Part shown: positions 1 through 24,992 of the stretch, one piece after another
Layout of the letters: each line of letters begins with the position of its first letter
Position numbering within the stretch: position 1 is the first letter of the stretch
Assembly (NCBI GenBank): GCA_963693365.1
Contig: CAVNZM010000001.1
Coordinates: 4,852,907 to 4,916,906, forward strand
Origin: Amoebidium appalachense
Lineage: Eukaryota; Protista; Ichthyosporea
Reading direction: 5' to 3'
Length of the DNA stretch: 64,000 nucleotides
Made by a program: the position numbers and the translations under genes
The notes under the pieces: model-generated
Databases searched by the model: none
Told to the model about the DNA's origin: nothing
Seen by the model: the letters and a program-made list of their open reading frames with translations, nothing else

Positions 1-1510
1 TCCCACCCACATATACCCATTTACGCCCACCCACATATATTACTCCCACCCACATATGACCATATACTCCCACCCACATATGCCCATATACTCCTACCCA
101 CATATACCCATATACTCCCACCCACATATACCCATATACTCCCACCCAGATATACCCATATACTCCCACCCACATATACCCATATACTCCCACCCACATA
201 TACCCATATACTCCCACCCACATATGCCCATATACTCCCACCCACATATGCCCATATACTCCCACCCACATATGCCCATATACTCCCACCCACATATGCC
301 CATATACTCCCACCCACATCCCACCCACATATACCCATATACTCCCACCCACATATACCCATTTACGCCCACCCACATATATTACTCCCACCCACATATA
401 CCCATATACTCCCACCCAGATATACCCATATACTCCCACCCACATATACCCATATACTCCCACCCACATATACCCATATTCTCCCACCCACATATACCCA
501 TTTACTCCCACCCACATATACCCATATACTCTCACCCACATATACCAATTTTCTCCCACCCACATATACCCATATACTCCAACCCACATATACCCATATA
601 CTCCCACCCAGATATACCCATATACTCCCACCCACATATGCCCATATACTCCCACCCACATATACCCATATACTCCCACCCACATATGCCCATATACTCC
701 CACCCACATATGACCATATACTCCCACCCACATATGCCCATATACTCCTACCCACATATACCCATATACTCCCACCCACATATACCCATATACTCCCACC
801 CAGATATACCCATATACTCCCACCCACATATACCCATGTACTCCCACCCACATATACCCATATACTCCCACCCACATATGCCCATATACTCCCACCCACA
901 TATGCCCATATACTCCCACCCACATATGCCCATATACTCCCACCCACATATGCCCATATACTCCCACCCACATCCCACCCACATATACCCATATACTCCC
1001 ACCCACATATACCCATTTACGCCCACCCACATATATTACTCCCACCCACATATACCCATATACTCCCACCCACATATGCCCATATACTCCTACCCACATA
1101 TACCCATATACTCCCACCCACATATACCCATATTCTCCCACCCAGATATACCCATATACTCCCACCCACATATACCCATATACTCCCACCCACATATGCC
1201 CATATACTCCCACCCACATATGCCCATATACTCCCACCCACATATGCCCATATACTCCCACCCACATATGCCCATATACTCCCACCCACGTCCCACCCAC
1301 ATATACCCATATACTCCCACCCACATATACCCATTTACGCCCACCCACATATATTACTCCCACCCACATATACCCATATACTCCCACCCAGATATACCCA
1401 TATACTCCCACCCAGATATACCCATATACTCCCACCCACATATACCCATTTTCTCCCACCCACATATACCCATTTACTCCCACCCACATATACCCATATA
1501 CTCCCACCCA
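1..1510. repeat. 24-bp tandem minisatellite (CCCATATACTCCCACCCACATATA) with higher-order blocks, inside an intron of the LRR-C2 gene
   Basis: About 60 directly visible copies of a 24-bp unit (translates as IYSHPHIP). A variant block (…catttacgcccacccacatatattact…) recurs near 1, 319, 973 and 1291. The array ends a few bases from the minus-strand donor GTAGGC at 1517. Confidence 0.95.
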
Positions 1511-1517
1511 TGCCTAC

Positions 1518-12325
<10,808 letters not shown>

Positions 12326-13944
12326 GTACAACCCCTTGTCATTTAATTACTGCATAAGAAACAGCACTGGACTTCACACAACAAAGAAAAGTAGAGCGAA
12401 AAAAGCCTATAAATAATGATAAACACGGGGCTTGTATCCTCCCACTGCTTGGATCAAGTGGTTTTGAATTCAGCCGTGAGTGTATGGTGTGTAACCGATG
12501 CCCATATAGCCCTGTATGTATAAATGTCCGTTTTTGCCTGCATCTGTGCGTGCGAAACGATGGCGGAAGTGTGTATATGCGAGTGTGCCTGTGTTTTCTT
12601 TATGCTGATTTGTGTAATGCACACGTAAGCGTCACAAAAAGACCTGCAACTGTTCGCTGACTGAGATGTGAGGGATCGATCATGAACGACATCAAGACGT
12701 ACACCTACCTTGTGTGCAGGTGTTCCCGTACAGTGTCACTCCAAGATCTCTGAGATCGTCATCTTACGGCTGCTATACGCTCAAAAATATTCGGTTTCAG
12801 AGCTCTATTGTGTCTTCTGCAAACATGCAGATCCACTTGAGCAAAAATCGACCGTGACAGGGATCTTAAACCACAGGGATCTTAAACCACAAGTCAACGC
12901 TAATAAAGTGCCTACAAACCCATCTATGCTCACAATTCCCGTGTCTTCATACACAGGCGTAAGATTAAACAGTGTCAACTAGTTTCATGGGTGAGACGAA
13001 CCTGTACGTTAAAGGGCCATGAGCCCCATTAGCCTCTAGATCTTGCCTCAGCATGGACACGTGTAGCTCGACCTTGCCTCCCTAACTTTGCGAAAGGCGG
13101 CGCGTGAATTTAGATGCGCATGCAGGCGTGAAACTAAAGCAATATGCAGAAAGAAAGAGTATGCGCGCTGGATTCAACACAACTAGCAGCAACAACACAA
13201 CTAGCAGCAACGAATCTCAAAAACTTCGAATTCGCCGAACCTTGGCAACTGGGTGAAGGCTTGAACTCGACGGCTGGCTGCTGGCAGATCGGAAAGAATT
13301 TCGAGGCTGGTGCCTTCTAAACCAATCAAACAAGTCGAATTTGTGCCTTTTATGGCTCGTATCCTGGTGTCCAAGCATCATATCTTAGCCCATATCGATA
13401 CGATCGTAATTTGCGGATATGTTAGGATATGGCCGACTCTGCTCCCAGAATCTCCAGATATCCTATGCTACATTAGGACGGTGCATGATCACTCACCAAC
13501 GAAACATCAGAAATTGCTTGTGTTTCAAGGTTTACATGTGATTTTCTGCGTGTATGTAGTCTGATGCATATGCACCTGTGATATGCAGAATGTTTGTGAA
13601 GATTTTTTTCGTTGCGCGATCTTTGTGTCGGTCAGCCGCTGGACGTTTTAACGGCTGGATGTTTTCCTCGAGTCCCGAGTGCAGTACTGTTGTCATCTTT
13701 AATGTGATCACCATTTAATAGTTGTCATCTTGATATGATCACCGTATTTAATGTGTGTATTATACATGCGGCATCCGTTGTGTTTTTGGGTTGTTTATAA
13801 ATTTCTTTTGGTGTTGTAGTTTTGGTTGCTGTGTGTGTGTGTGTGTGTGTGCGCGCGCGCGCGCGCCCGTGTGTGCGTGTGCGTGTGTGTGTGTGTGCGT
13901 GCTGATATTGGGGGTGGTGGTGGTGGTATGACGTGTGTGTGTGT

Positions 13945-14002
<58 letters not shown>

Positions 14003-14376
14003 ACACTTTCTGTGATGATTGCAACCGGTTTACCATAACGATCGCGAGGCAGCACTTGCATTACACTTTACAACTACATATATATATATAATTCGCCTAT
14101 CGGTGCATAAGTATTAATAGAAAGATCCATGGTTTACTATCTACCACGCTAATCGAAACGTGCCAATCGCACCCAAATAAAGAATATATTCCTAACCTGC
14201 ACATATGCTCGATACCGTCATTCATACGTTCACTTCATATCATCAGCTTTCAAAGTTCAAAAAAACATCGTCCAAATGGGCAAAGTTCAACATCATGTAG
14301 GGCTAATAGTCAAACACATGCTTCACCTGCCCGAGCTCGGTCACACTTCAATCTAGATTACATCGCTTCTACCTTG

Positions 14377-14457
14377 ACAACAAAAGTTCCAGCATCCAAA
14401 TATCACTGAAGAGCTCTACAACAAAAGTTCCAGCATCCAAATATCACTGAAGAGCTC
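14377..14457. repeat. 41-bp-period tandem duplication downstream of the kinase stop codon
   Basis: acaacaaaagttccagcatccaaatatcactgaagagctc occurs at 14377 and 14418. Confidence 0.9.
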
Positions 14458-14654
14458 AAACAAAAAAGAAGGGATCCGTGAGAACGGGGCAAAAAAAAAA
14501 GGAGAAGAAGAAGAAGAAGAAGAAGGAAAAAAAAAAAGAAAAAAAGAAAAGGCATGGAGAGAGATAGCCATAAAGGCACAGAGGAACATCAATGAAGCCC
14601 AGCCCCAATAAAACTCTACACCCCTTCTGTTCACCCAACAGACCCACCCTCATC

Positions 14655-14952
14655 CTACATTGCCAGCTGCTCCTTGCTCACATTCCTCAGACATTCCAAC
14701 GCCTGTGACGCAGTCCATCTTCTCTGCACGTCCACACATAGAAGGCGGTAGAGCAACGCGGAAAAGACTTTGGGCATCCGCGCCCATCTCTGAGCCTCCT
14801 GCCCTCGGTGCCTGCCCTGTGTGTACAGACTGAACGTCGTGTCTGACAGGGACGCCCGTGCCCATGGCAACCTCCCTGTCACCTATTTGGAGAAAAAACA
14901 ACAACAACAGGTTAGCCAAACGGCATTCAGTGAGTCGGTATTGCCCCCGCCC

Positions 14953-14993
<41 letters not shown>

Positions 14994-17158
14994 GGGCAAT
15001 GCAGAAAAAAGCACAACAGGCAACTGAGCGACACATTGCAAAATCAAGAAGGGCGGAGCGACGAAGGGCACCGGGCGGACGGACGGGCGGGCGGACGGGG
15101 GGGGGGGGGGGGGGGGGGGGGGATTAGGTGGTGGCAAACCATGTAGGCAAAGAAAAATTTGCCCAAAAATTAAAAAATGAAGCACAAAATTCATGACCTG
15201 CAGGTAGAAAGTGCTTGAACAGAGCCCATCCTCAGGGGGTTTCAACGCCAGCAGGCGCGCAAAACCGCCTTGGCCAAAGGCTATTCAGAGTTGTTGATGA
15301 AGCAGCAAAAAGAACATATTCAGTCACACGCAAGCATTTGCAACCACAGCAACCCCAAGCAAACAAGCAGAGAAAAGGTCGGACTTTCAAAAAACTTCCC
15401 AATCCCCTAACTTTTTTGGAAGAGAGGTTCAGCAGAGTAGAGTAAGAGCAGAGAAGGGAAGGTGAGTGGAGAGCTAATGGGGGAAGGGAGTATAGCAGAG
15501 ACAGGACAATAAACAAAACACAAGCAAAAAGCAAAACACATGAGCAAAAAAAAAAAAAACCCCCGAATTCAAAACGGCAGAATAAAAAGGGGAGGTTTGA
15601 GGGAGTCGGCATTCAGGACACAGTATGATGCAGAATATCACAGCAACTAGCTCACGAGGTATACAAACAAAGACACACGAGGGTATTCAAGCCTGCGATG
15701 CACACCGGAGGGGGGGGGAGGGGGGAGGGAGGGGGGACAGGATTTGCAGCGCAACAAGCAAGCTTTGTGGCCACAGCCTTAAAGCTAGGTATGCCGAAAG
15801 CGCGAAGGGAAAGAAAAGAAAACACAAGAAGAACCACGGAGGGCCGCGGCGGGGTGGGGAGGGGGGGGGGGGGGGGGGGGGGGAAGGCAAGAACAACACA
15901 GGAGGAGAGGCTTCGAAAAGACGAGGCAAGAACCTGGGTAGGGAAAAGAAAGGGAATGGGCAGGGGGGGAGGGGAGGGTTCCCGTCGTGCAAAACACACC
16001 TTCCTATCAACTCTACCTACCTTTACCACAAAGTCCTTCTTTGAAAACGAGTACACTGCTACCCTAGAAACACTGCGAACACTTGTGATATCTCTTCATC
16101 TCCGAAGCTATCATGGGATGAATCTAGTTAGAAGTGAGGGAACGAGGTGCTATGGATGTAGGGCAAAAGTCTCGGTCGATATGTAAGGCGGGTGGGTGGG
16201 GAGGGTGGGGAAGGATGCAAGAAATGTACCCACCATGCAGTGCAATACTATGCCGGCAGACCAAACATCGGCCGGCCGCCTGTCAATGCTGCCCCCGCTT
16301 GTTCGCCTGGCCGGGCTGCTGGTCGTGCGTATCAAGCTCGGACACATATATGCAGGTGTGCCCCCAAGCACTCTTGGCGTCGAATCCTGCCCCGAGGACA
16401 AATTGCCACAGTCCGACATACCAAAGTCGCACAACAGGAGCGTTTTCCGGTCATCGGTTAGGAGAATGTTTTCGCACTTGACGTCTCCGTGCACGATCCC
16501 GTTTGCGTGCAGGTGTGCCAGTGCTGAAAAAAGCTGCAGGGCAAACTCGAGAACTAGCTCCCTCGGTAGCCCCTGCTCCCTTGGTATAACAGCCAGGAGA
16601 TCCCCCCCGGAAAGATAAGGGGTCACCAAAACTGCCTCTGAGCTCGAAACGTGAACATCGAGGAGACGTATAACGTTAGGGTGCTTGATTCTCTGCAAAA
16701 CCTCGAGCTCCTTTAGAATAATCTCGTCTCCGATGGGCCCCCTGCCTATGACCTTTAGCACCACTTCCCTGTCAGTGACACTGTCGTGTGCTAGGTGGAC
16801 ATCACTGCTAGAGCCCCGGAATATACTCGAGGAGAGAAGCTCATATCGCCCAGCAGGACCTGTTATGTCTGAAAATTTCCGCCCGCACGCACAAAAAGAC
16901 CGATCCCACGGAAGGTTGCTTTGCGTTGTACATACAGCCGCAGCCGTTGCAAGAGAAAGGCACATAGCCTCTTGGTAATTTATCTGTTCTGGAGGCATTT
17001 CAGGGAGGCAACACGAATTAACTTCAGGGGCCATGAGAGAAAGATTCAACGCGCCGGCTGGAGCGCCAAACTTCGAAAGCCAGGAGGAAAGGATGGAATC
17101 AGCAGCTTTGCTTTGGGAGGGAAAGGTTGTAGGCGCGCACGGAAACACGCATACTCAT
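14655..17158 (-). CDS. Ser/Thr protein kinase (CAMK-like group, Npr/Hal/Ran1-like C-lobe), non-RD
   Basis: Exons: 17158-17155 (tentative ATGA|gtatgc; alternative start is the ATG at 17034), 17057-16234 and 14882-14655. Motifs: VVLK lysine, helix-C KELEVL, HPNVIRL, HGDVKCENILL, DFG, GTPAYMCPS, DVWSAGIVLHCM|VTGRLPWARASLSDTTFSLY…LLCVDVQRRWTASQAL. The splice join ATG|gtgggt … tag|GTG is in frame. Confidence 0.92.
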
Positions 17159-19179
17159 ATGGTGTATGTCGTCAAAAAGGGCATAGGTGGGGCGAAAAAA
17201 GGACGAAAAAAAAAGCGTGAACAGCTTCAAAGGCAATTCTTCAACCCCTGTTCAAACGTATCCCCTTCTTTCATACTAAAAATACTGACTGCCCCTCCAA
17301 CTCAAGCAACCCCTTGGGAAACACACAAGCGCATTAACCCTGGGTAAAATTACATACTGTTCGCGAAAGAAAAGGTGGTAAGGGCGAACACACGGCCAAC
17401 TTGAGGGCACACAAAGGTAAAATGCATACACCATGCGCGACCGTTCAGGATTCATAATCGATGGCTGGATATCGATGCGTGATGCAAACGCAATCGATGC
17501 CAATGCTTCGTTTCAGGTATTGGGCGGCTGTGGATATGCATGGTTCTTGGCCAATGAAAAGGAGTCTCTTGGGTACACTCGACTTCATATGTAATAATAA
17601 TAGACACATTGAAGTTGAGGTCAGTGCATGAATGAATAAATCCATCACCTGTCAAATATTCAAATGGCCTTGTTGTGTATTCAGAATACCATTAGGGCTA
17701 TGTAGGAGTAGGGCGCGCACAAAAAACATGCTGTGCCGGGCCGGGCACGGAAGTCACCGGGACACATGTAGTCACCTCGATTTTGTTAAGGCACACTGCT
17801 TGCAGCGAGGGATATATTTCAACCTTTGTTATCCACGTGTACATGGAATGGCACAAGCACAGTACCAAATAAAATGATTGTTTGATATGCAGGTAGCAGC
17901 TTTACAGTATACGGTGGTGTAGGATAAACGGTAAAGGTCAAAGTAAAACCCTTTTATGTATGTGTACATATAGCTAATACGTGCAGTTCCTCATTTGTGG
18001 CTAAATACTGAGCGTTGATACGTCCGAGGCGCAGTCATGAGCTTGTGACGTTACCCATGTTTTGGAGCACGTACCGGCGATCACTTCTTGGAAGCTCAGG
18101 GAAAAGGCATTCAATGATTCAACACACCACAATATACATTCTTCTAACTAATACCCCCCCTCCTCTTTTTATGTTTTTTTCTCCTGATCAGTTCATGCCA
18201 CACACAGGGTATCCTGTGCAGGTCTGAGTCCCCAAACACTCCACAATGGTGCGGGGCTTTATGTCATTATGAGAATCCTGAAATTTCGCTATCATCAGCA
18301 GAAAGCATGAGAAATAGGTGTTATTGATCAATTTACTGTTTATCAAACACTTTTTTTACCATTTTTATACTTTCTTTAATGATATTGCTTTATGCAAATT
18401 GTTAATCCTTTGAGTCGCTGTTTGCGTTTTTTTGGTTCTGCGAAATCTACTAGAGCCCACGCCATGCGTTTTGATTGGTTACTTGGTAGTTATTGCCTTA
18501 TTGGTCTGTTCATGTTCCAATCAGAACTGGCCGGTCGAACCCGATATGGAAGCCGAGCAAGGGCCGCCCAAGAGCAGACTTCGGATGCCCGGCATGAGAC
18601 CAAAATAAGCCTTTACAGTGGCGTATTTTGTAACAATGAATGTATTGAGCTTCGTATCATTTCATTTACAAGCGCACTTCGCCTGCGAATAATTGAAACA
18701 ACATCCCTGCCTGAAAGTTGCAGTCTTGGGGGCCGGCTAAACTGCTAGTTACATAGGTCACATTCCCAGGTTATGGTTGGCATGCCAACGATAAAATATT
18801 CTAATTTGCTTCTTACAATAATTGCTGTTTCAAAAATAATATAGTATTGAGCTTTTTGACGTATAAAAAAAATCTCTTGCTAATAGTTTATCAATTCTAA
18901 TTTTTAACTAATTCTAATAGCTGTGGTCACCGTGAGTGTGGTGGCCGGAGTATGAGACTGGGGGATTGGTACGTGGACGTGGTCAGTCACATCCGAAATT
19001 CCTGAGATATCAAGAAGAAACAAAATGATCAACTTTTATCCCTGGCATGTGGACGGTTAGAATGGCAGGGTGTGGCTTCCATGCGTGATGTCCGCGGAAG
19101 TTCCGGGTCCGAAAAGGGCTGTCACGGTGCGGTTGTGGCCTCAGCTGCCGTATGACCAAATAAATGATTTGGGGGAGGG

Positions 19180-19210
19180 GGGAGACTGAGAGAGAGACAG
19201 AGAGAAAGAA

Positions 19211-19242
<32 letters not shown>

Positions 19243-19280
19243 TCTAGAGAGAGAGAGAGAGAGAGAGATCCAGAGAGATC

Positions 19281-19373
<93 letters not shown>

Positions 19374-19467
19374 TGAGAGAGAGAGAGAGAGAGAGAGGCG
19401 AGAGAGAGAGAGAGAGAGGGGGGGGGGGGGGGGGGGGAGAGAGAGAGAGAGAGAGAGAGAGACTCGA

Positions 19468-19498
<31 letters not shown>

Positions 19499-19545
19499 AG
19501 GGAGAGGAGAGAGACTGAGAGAGAGAGACAGGAGAGAGAGAGTGT
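19180..19545. repeat. (GA)n microsatellite array with poly-G interruptions
   Basis: Directly visible. Confidence 0.95.
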
Positions 19546-20355
19546 GTGTGTGTGTGATAAGTCGCCTATGAGCCACATGTGGCTCATTCAAGCCGAACGA
19601 GCCACCAGAGTGGCCCGTTTCAGGCGACCCCCCTACAGCTTAGTGGTCGAGAGTCGCGCGCGCTTTCTTGGTATGCCCAGTTAGCTGCTGAAGTTCCTGC
19701 CTTTTTTGTCTCTGGACCAAGGTGATTGGTGAAAAAAAAGAGGGTGCCAGCGCTTGTCAACCAACAAGGGGTACTGCGTGTTTTCTTCCGCATTCCTCGT
19801 CTGTCGCCAGATCAAAATTGGCCCAGGATCCCTCCGGAGCGGGTGAACCGCTGGAAAACGCTACATAGTGAACTCGATAAAAAAGACAACATAAAGCCTT
19901 CAAACTTTGCCCTGGGCAAGCTACCACACTGCTTTTTGCTTTCTACTACTTCTTGAAGGGCCCGCGCTCCTTTGGGCGACCATATTTTGACAAAACCCAG
20001 AATTTGCCCGGAAAGCCCCATGGAGTCAGGCTCGATTCCGCCCGAATGTGCGGACCCACATTTCCGGTGGAAGAGGGGCGACCCTCTACAGGACGCTACA
20101 TAGTGAACTCGATGAAAACACAACAAAAAACCCCGAAATTCTGTGACTAGCATGCCCACACTAATTTCTTTATTTGCTACTAATTACTATATGGTGTAGC
20201 GCACCGTGGGGAGACGATATTTGGCACGTAGCCAAAAATTCGTCCAGAAAATCCAGTTTTTCGCTGGCAGCGCCAAGTTCGTAGCGCAATCTGAAGCAGT
20301 TATCAGAAACAAACCTACGTGTTCTTGCTACCACCTACTGAGGCGGTGTCTCCTT

Positions 20356-20406
<51 letters not shown>

Positions 20407-20629
20407 AAAAGGGACGCCTGAGTAGATGTAAAACGTCGCACGTGCGGCAACACGTCAGTACGTGTTAGGTGTTCTTGCATGGTGTCCACGTGACCTTTAG
20501 GTTGTCATGAACGTCGGTGTGCAGTTTTTTTCTGAGTTTCGTGTTTTTACCACTACTTGTATAAGGATCGCGCGCAACTTGTCGAACGAGCCACATAAGT
20601 AGTGGCTCGATCTTGCCGGCGGCTTATCA

Positions 20630-21365
<736 letters not shown>

Positions 21366-21556
21366 GGCAAACAGCTATAAAAAAACGTAAACACTGGCCA
21401 AAAAAAAATAGAAGAAAAAGGCATTTGAAAACTTTTGAGAAACTTAAGTAAACTTTGTTCAGAAGGTAGACAACAATACTTTATATCAATCATTCAAACA
21501 TAGCAGAGAGGCTCGCTAGTCCCGTCTACCCACTCCCTCCGAGTCCCCTCCCCCCC

Positions 21557-21677
<121 letters not shown>

Positions 21678-21739
21678 TGACACACACGCATGCACACACA
21701 CACTGTAGTACCGTATAGACACACACACGGCACCAGCAC

Positions 21740-22094
21740 TGTTACCCCCCCCCCCCCGTCTATAACTTGACATGCCCCGTACGACGGGATTTTTGAATTT
21801 GAACGGGGAGGGGGCCCGAGTAGTGAATATCGACATCCCGCCTGGTGGTACCCCCTGTTCCTCCTCCTGAAAAAAAACTAGGGCCCGTGTCGTTAGAGAA
21901 TGTGATAGGGCATATTGGTGGTACACATCATGTGTGCCGCAGGCAACACAAAGCCGCTGTGACCTTACAAAGAACATACAAATAGTCAATCCGGCATACT
22001 CTGAGAAGAGCGCCAGCCGTGACATAGGGGTGAGAAATCACCGTGTGCGTGTGCGCATGAGTGTGTGTGTGTGTCTTGTGTGTGTGTGTGTGAC

Positions 22095-22146
<52 letters not shown>

Positions 22147-22215
22147 CGCGCGCATGTGTGTGTGTGTGTGCGGTGCGTGTGTGTGTGTGCACTGTGTGGG
22201 GGGGGAGGGGGAAAA

Positions 22216-22246
<31 letters not shown>

Positions 22247-22603
22247 ATATGCATCATGATCAGTGGCAAAAAGGGAAGCGATTTCTCCACAAAAAGAAAA
22301 AAAAAAAAAAAAAGGGCAAGGAATATGACCTTCGGTGAGTGGAAAAGAGACTCAGGCTGGCCGTGATCCGTGACGAGCACGCGCGGGGGGGAGGGGGGGG
22401 GGGGGGGGTTGGGGGGGGGGAGGGAGGATGCGGGGGGACTCAGGGGGAACGGGGGGGAGGGGGGAGGGGAGGGAGGGGGGGGGAGGGGGGGGATGGGGAG
22501 GGGGGAGGGGGGAGTCCCGGACCCCACCCACCTCAGGCTACCTTGGGAACTTTCTTAGGGCTCGCTGGCTGCGTGGTGACGGTGGTGGTCGTGCCTTGTG
22601 TTG

Positions 22604-22634
<31 letters not shown>

Positions 22635-24330
22635 GGGAGGGAGGGGGGGGGGAGGGGGGGGGGGGGGGGGGGGGGGGGGATATGGATCCCACGGGAATTG
22701 AGAGAGCCTCGAAGGCAAAAAGATCACTCAGAGGTGGTGAATCTCAAATCGTGTGGTCAAACGTTGGTGCGTGGACTCCTGTACCGTGAATCTCAAAGCT
22801 TTCACGGGGGTCTCAAGTAAAACTCTATGTCCGACACGTGTTTGATGAGCAATCCAAAACACTACTTTTGTGTCGCGATCATGGTACACGCACGATCACA
22901 GGAATAGGATGTAGGAGCTTGTGGTGTGAGAATGCGTGTTTAGCCAATAAGAAATTATCTCGTACGTGATTGGCTAATATTCTTTTGGGGATAGAAATTA
23001 ATAGACCGTTTGTGATTGGTTCAGTTACCCACCGGCGTAGCTGGGGTTACTACCCTGGGCAAAGTGTGTACATATAGTAAGGATTGTTATAGGTGTGTTA
23101 GTTTAGCTAATAGCATCGTAGCACCCTAGCTAGAGTACTGTCGGTGCTGGGTGGAAGACGGTAGTTCCCCAGGATGGCCCCCAGGGGTACCTCCGGGAAC
23201 AAAACGGGATAAAATAAAAACAATGATTGGTTTAAAAGACATTCCAGAGTAGATCGGTCGACGGTATAAATTCGGCCTACAAACCGATCTACAATGGAGC
23301 TCAGTTGGTTGTAGAGAGTTTTGTGCACGAGTACAAGTCGTACACACTGTGGAGCTCGGCTCTGCTGATCTGTGAGGACGTATTCGGTCGAGACTCGAAC
23401 CACTAGACTGACTACTTCCTCTGCTAGATAATAAGCTCGTTTCTATACACATCCTTTACGGCGCATTAATCAGTGTGCAAGAGAGTCCACTTTTCACCTG
23501 TCTCCGCCGTGCCGCCGTCAAACGACGTGAATAAGGGTCTCGAACTTCGCGGTGACTCTGGGAAACTTAACCTGATGTAAACTATTGCTTTTCCGAGTCG
23601 CAATAAAGCCCATGATTTAACTACTAGCCTGATATTTATGCCGTCATCTGATAACTTAGGAATGACATTGCAGTCTGGGTGGATGGTCTCCTCCCCCCGG
23701 GCCCATTCCCCCCCTCCCCCCTCTTTCCACCCCTCCCCCCAGGGGGGTGGAGACTCAGAAGTTCCCCGGCCCCCCTCAGTGCCCAGATGGGTCACTGGGT
23801 GGATCCCACCCTCCCAACCCCTTTCCCCTGCCAGCGGAATGCATATGGTGGGTGGGTCTCCCTCGGCCCTCCCCCCTAATATCGAGTCCCCATTCCCCCT
23901 TCTACTTCACTGGCGGTGGCCCCTCCCAAATCAAGCTTCCCTCCTCCTAATTTAATTTGTACTGAGGTCAGTCATGGTCCAACTGTTACACGGCAACTGA
24001 GTCTTTTATGACGGCGGCCTGGTGCCCTCGGAGGGGGTAGGGGTGGGCATGTCGGACTCTGACTCACGTGCGGCCAAAGCGTCACTGTTGAACTTGCCAA
24101 TCAGTACAAACTCATCTATTTCTGACTGAATCCGTCACGGTGACCCCAGGCCATACCAAATACTACTCGCCGACCGGGTGAATGCGCATGCAATACTATT
24201 GAACAGTCACACAAAAGACAATGTATGCATCTTCGGGAGGGACGGCCCTTCAACTCAGTAAAGTTACTGGTGTTTTTGATTTCGGGAGGGACGGCCCTTC
24301 AACTCAGTAAAGTTACTGGTGTTTTTGATT

Positions 24331-24361
<31 letters not shown>

Positions 24362-24563
24362 GGGGGGGGGGGAAGGGGGGGGGAGGGGGGGGAGGGGGGG
24401 GGGGGAGGGGGGGAAGGGGTGGGGGAAGAGGGGGATACAGCGGGGAGGGGAGGAAGGGGGAAGGGGGGAGGTCTGGAGTGGGGTCAGTTTACATTGAAGT
24501 TCAGTACCAGTGACATGTCACTAATGATCAGGTGACTAATTCTTTCCGCCCGGGCCGAGAGGG

Positions 24564-24598
<35 letters not shown>

Positions 24599-24599
24599 A

Positions 24600-24658
<59 letters not shown>

Positions 24659-24812
24659 GGAATACCTTTTGAAGTGATCGGGACGGGGCCGGACTCCAAG
24701 GAATCACAAACTTTGGTCTGACCACCGTCACGGTACTACTTGTCGGGCCGAAGGGGCCAGGGGCTGAATGACTGGGTGTGTGTGTGTGTGTGTGTCGGAA
24801 CTGTGTGCGTGT

Positions 24813-24852
<40 letters not shown>

Positions 24853-24943
24853 TTAGGAGAGGTGGGGGCGGGGAAGGGGTGGGGGGGGTGGGGGGGTCCA
24901 AAGCCCTTGCAGTTGGCTACGGAATCTCTCTCTCTCTCTCTCT

Positions 24944-24992
<49 letters not shown>

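Noticed and set aside
1-1510. CRISPR-like or telomeric array
   Set aside because: There are no unique spacers and no cas genes, the context is eukaryotic, and the array is intronic with a variable 24-bp unit.
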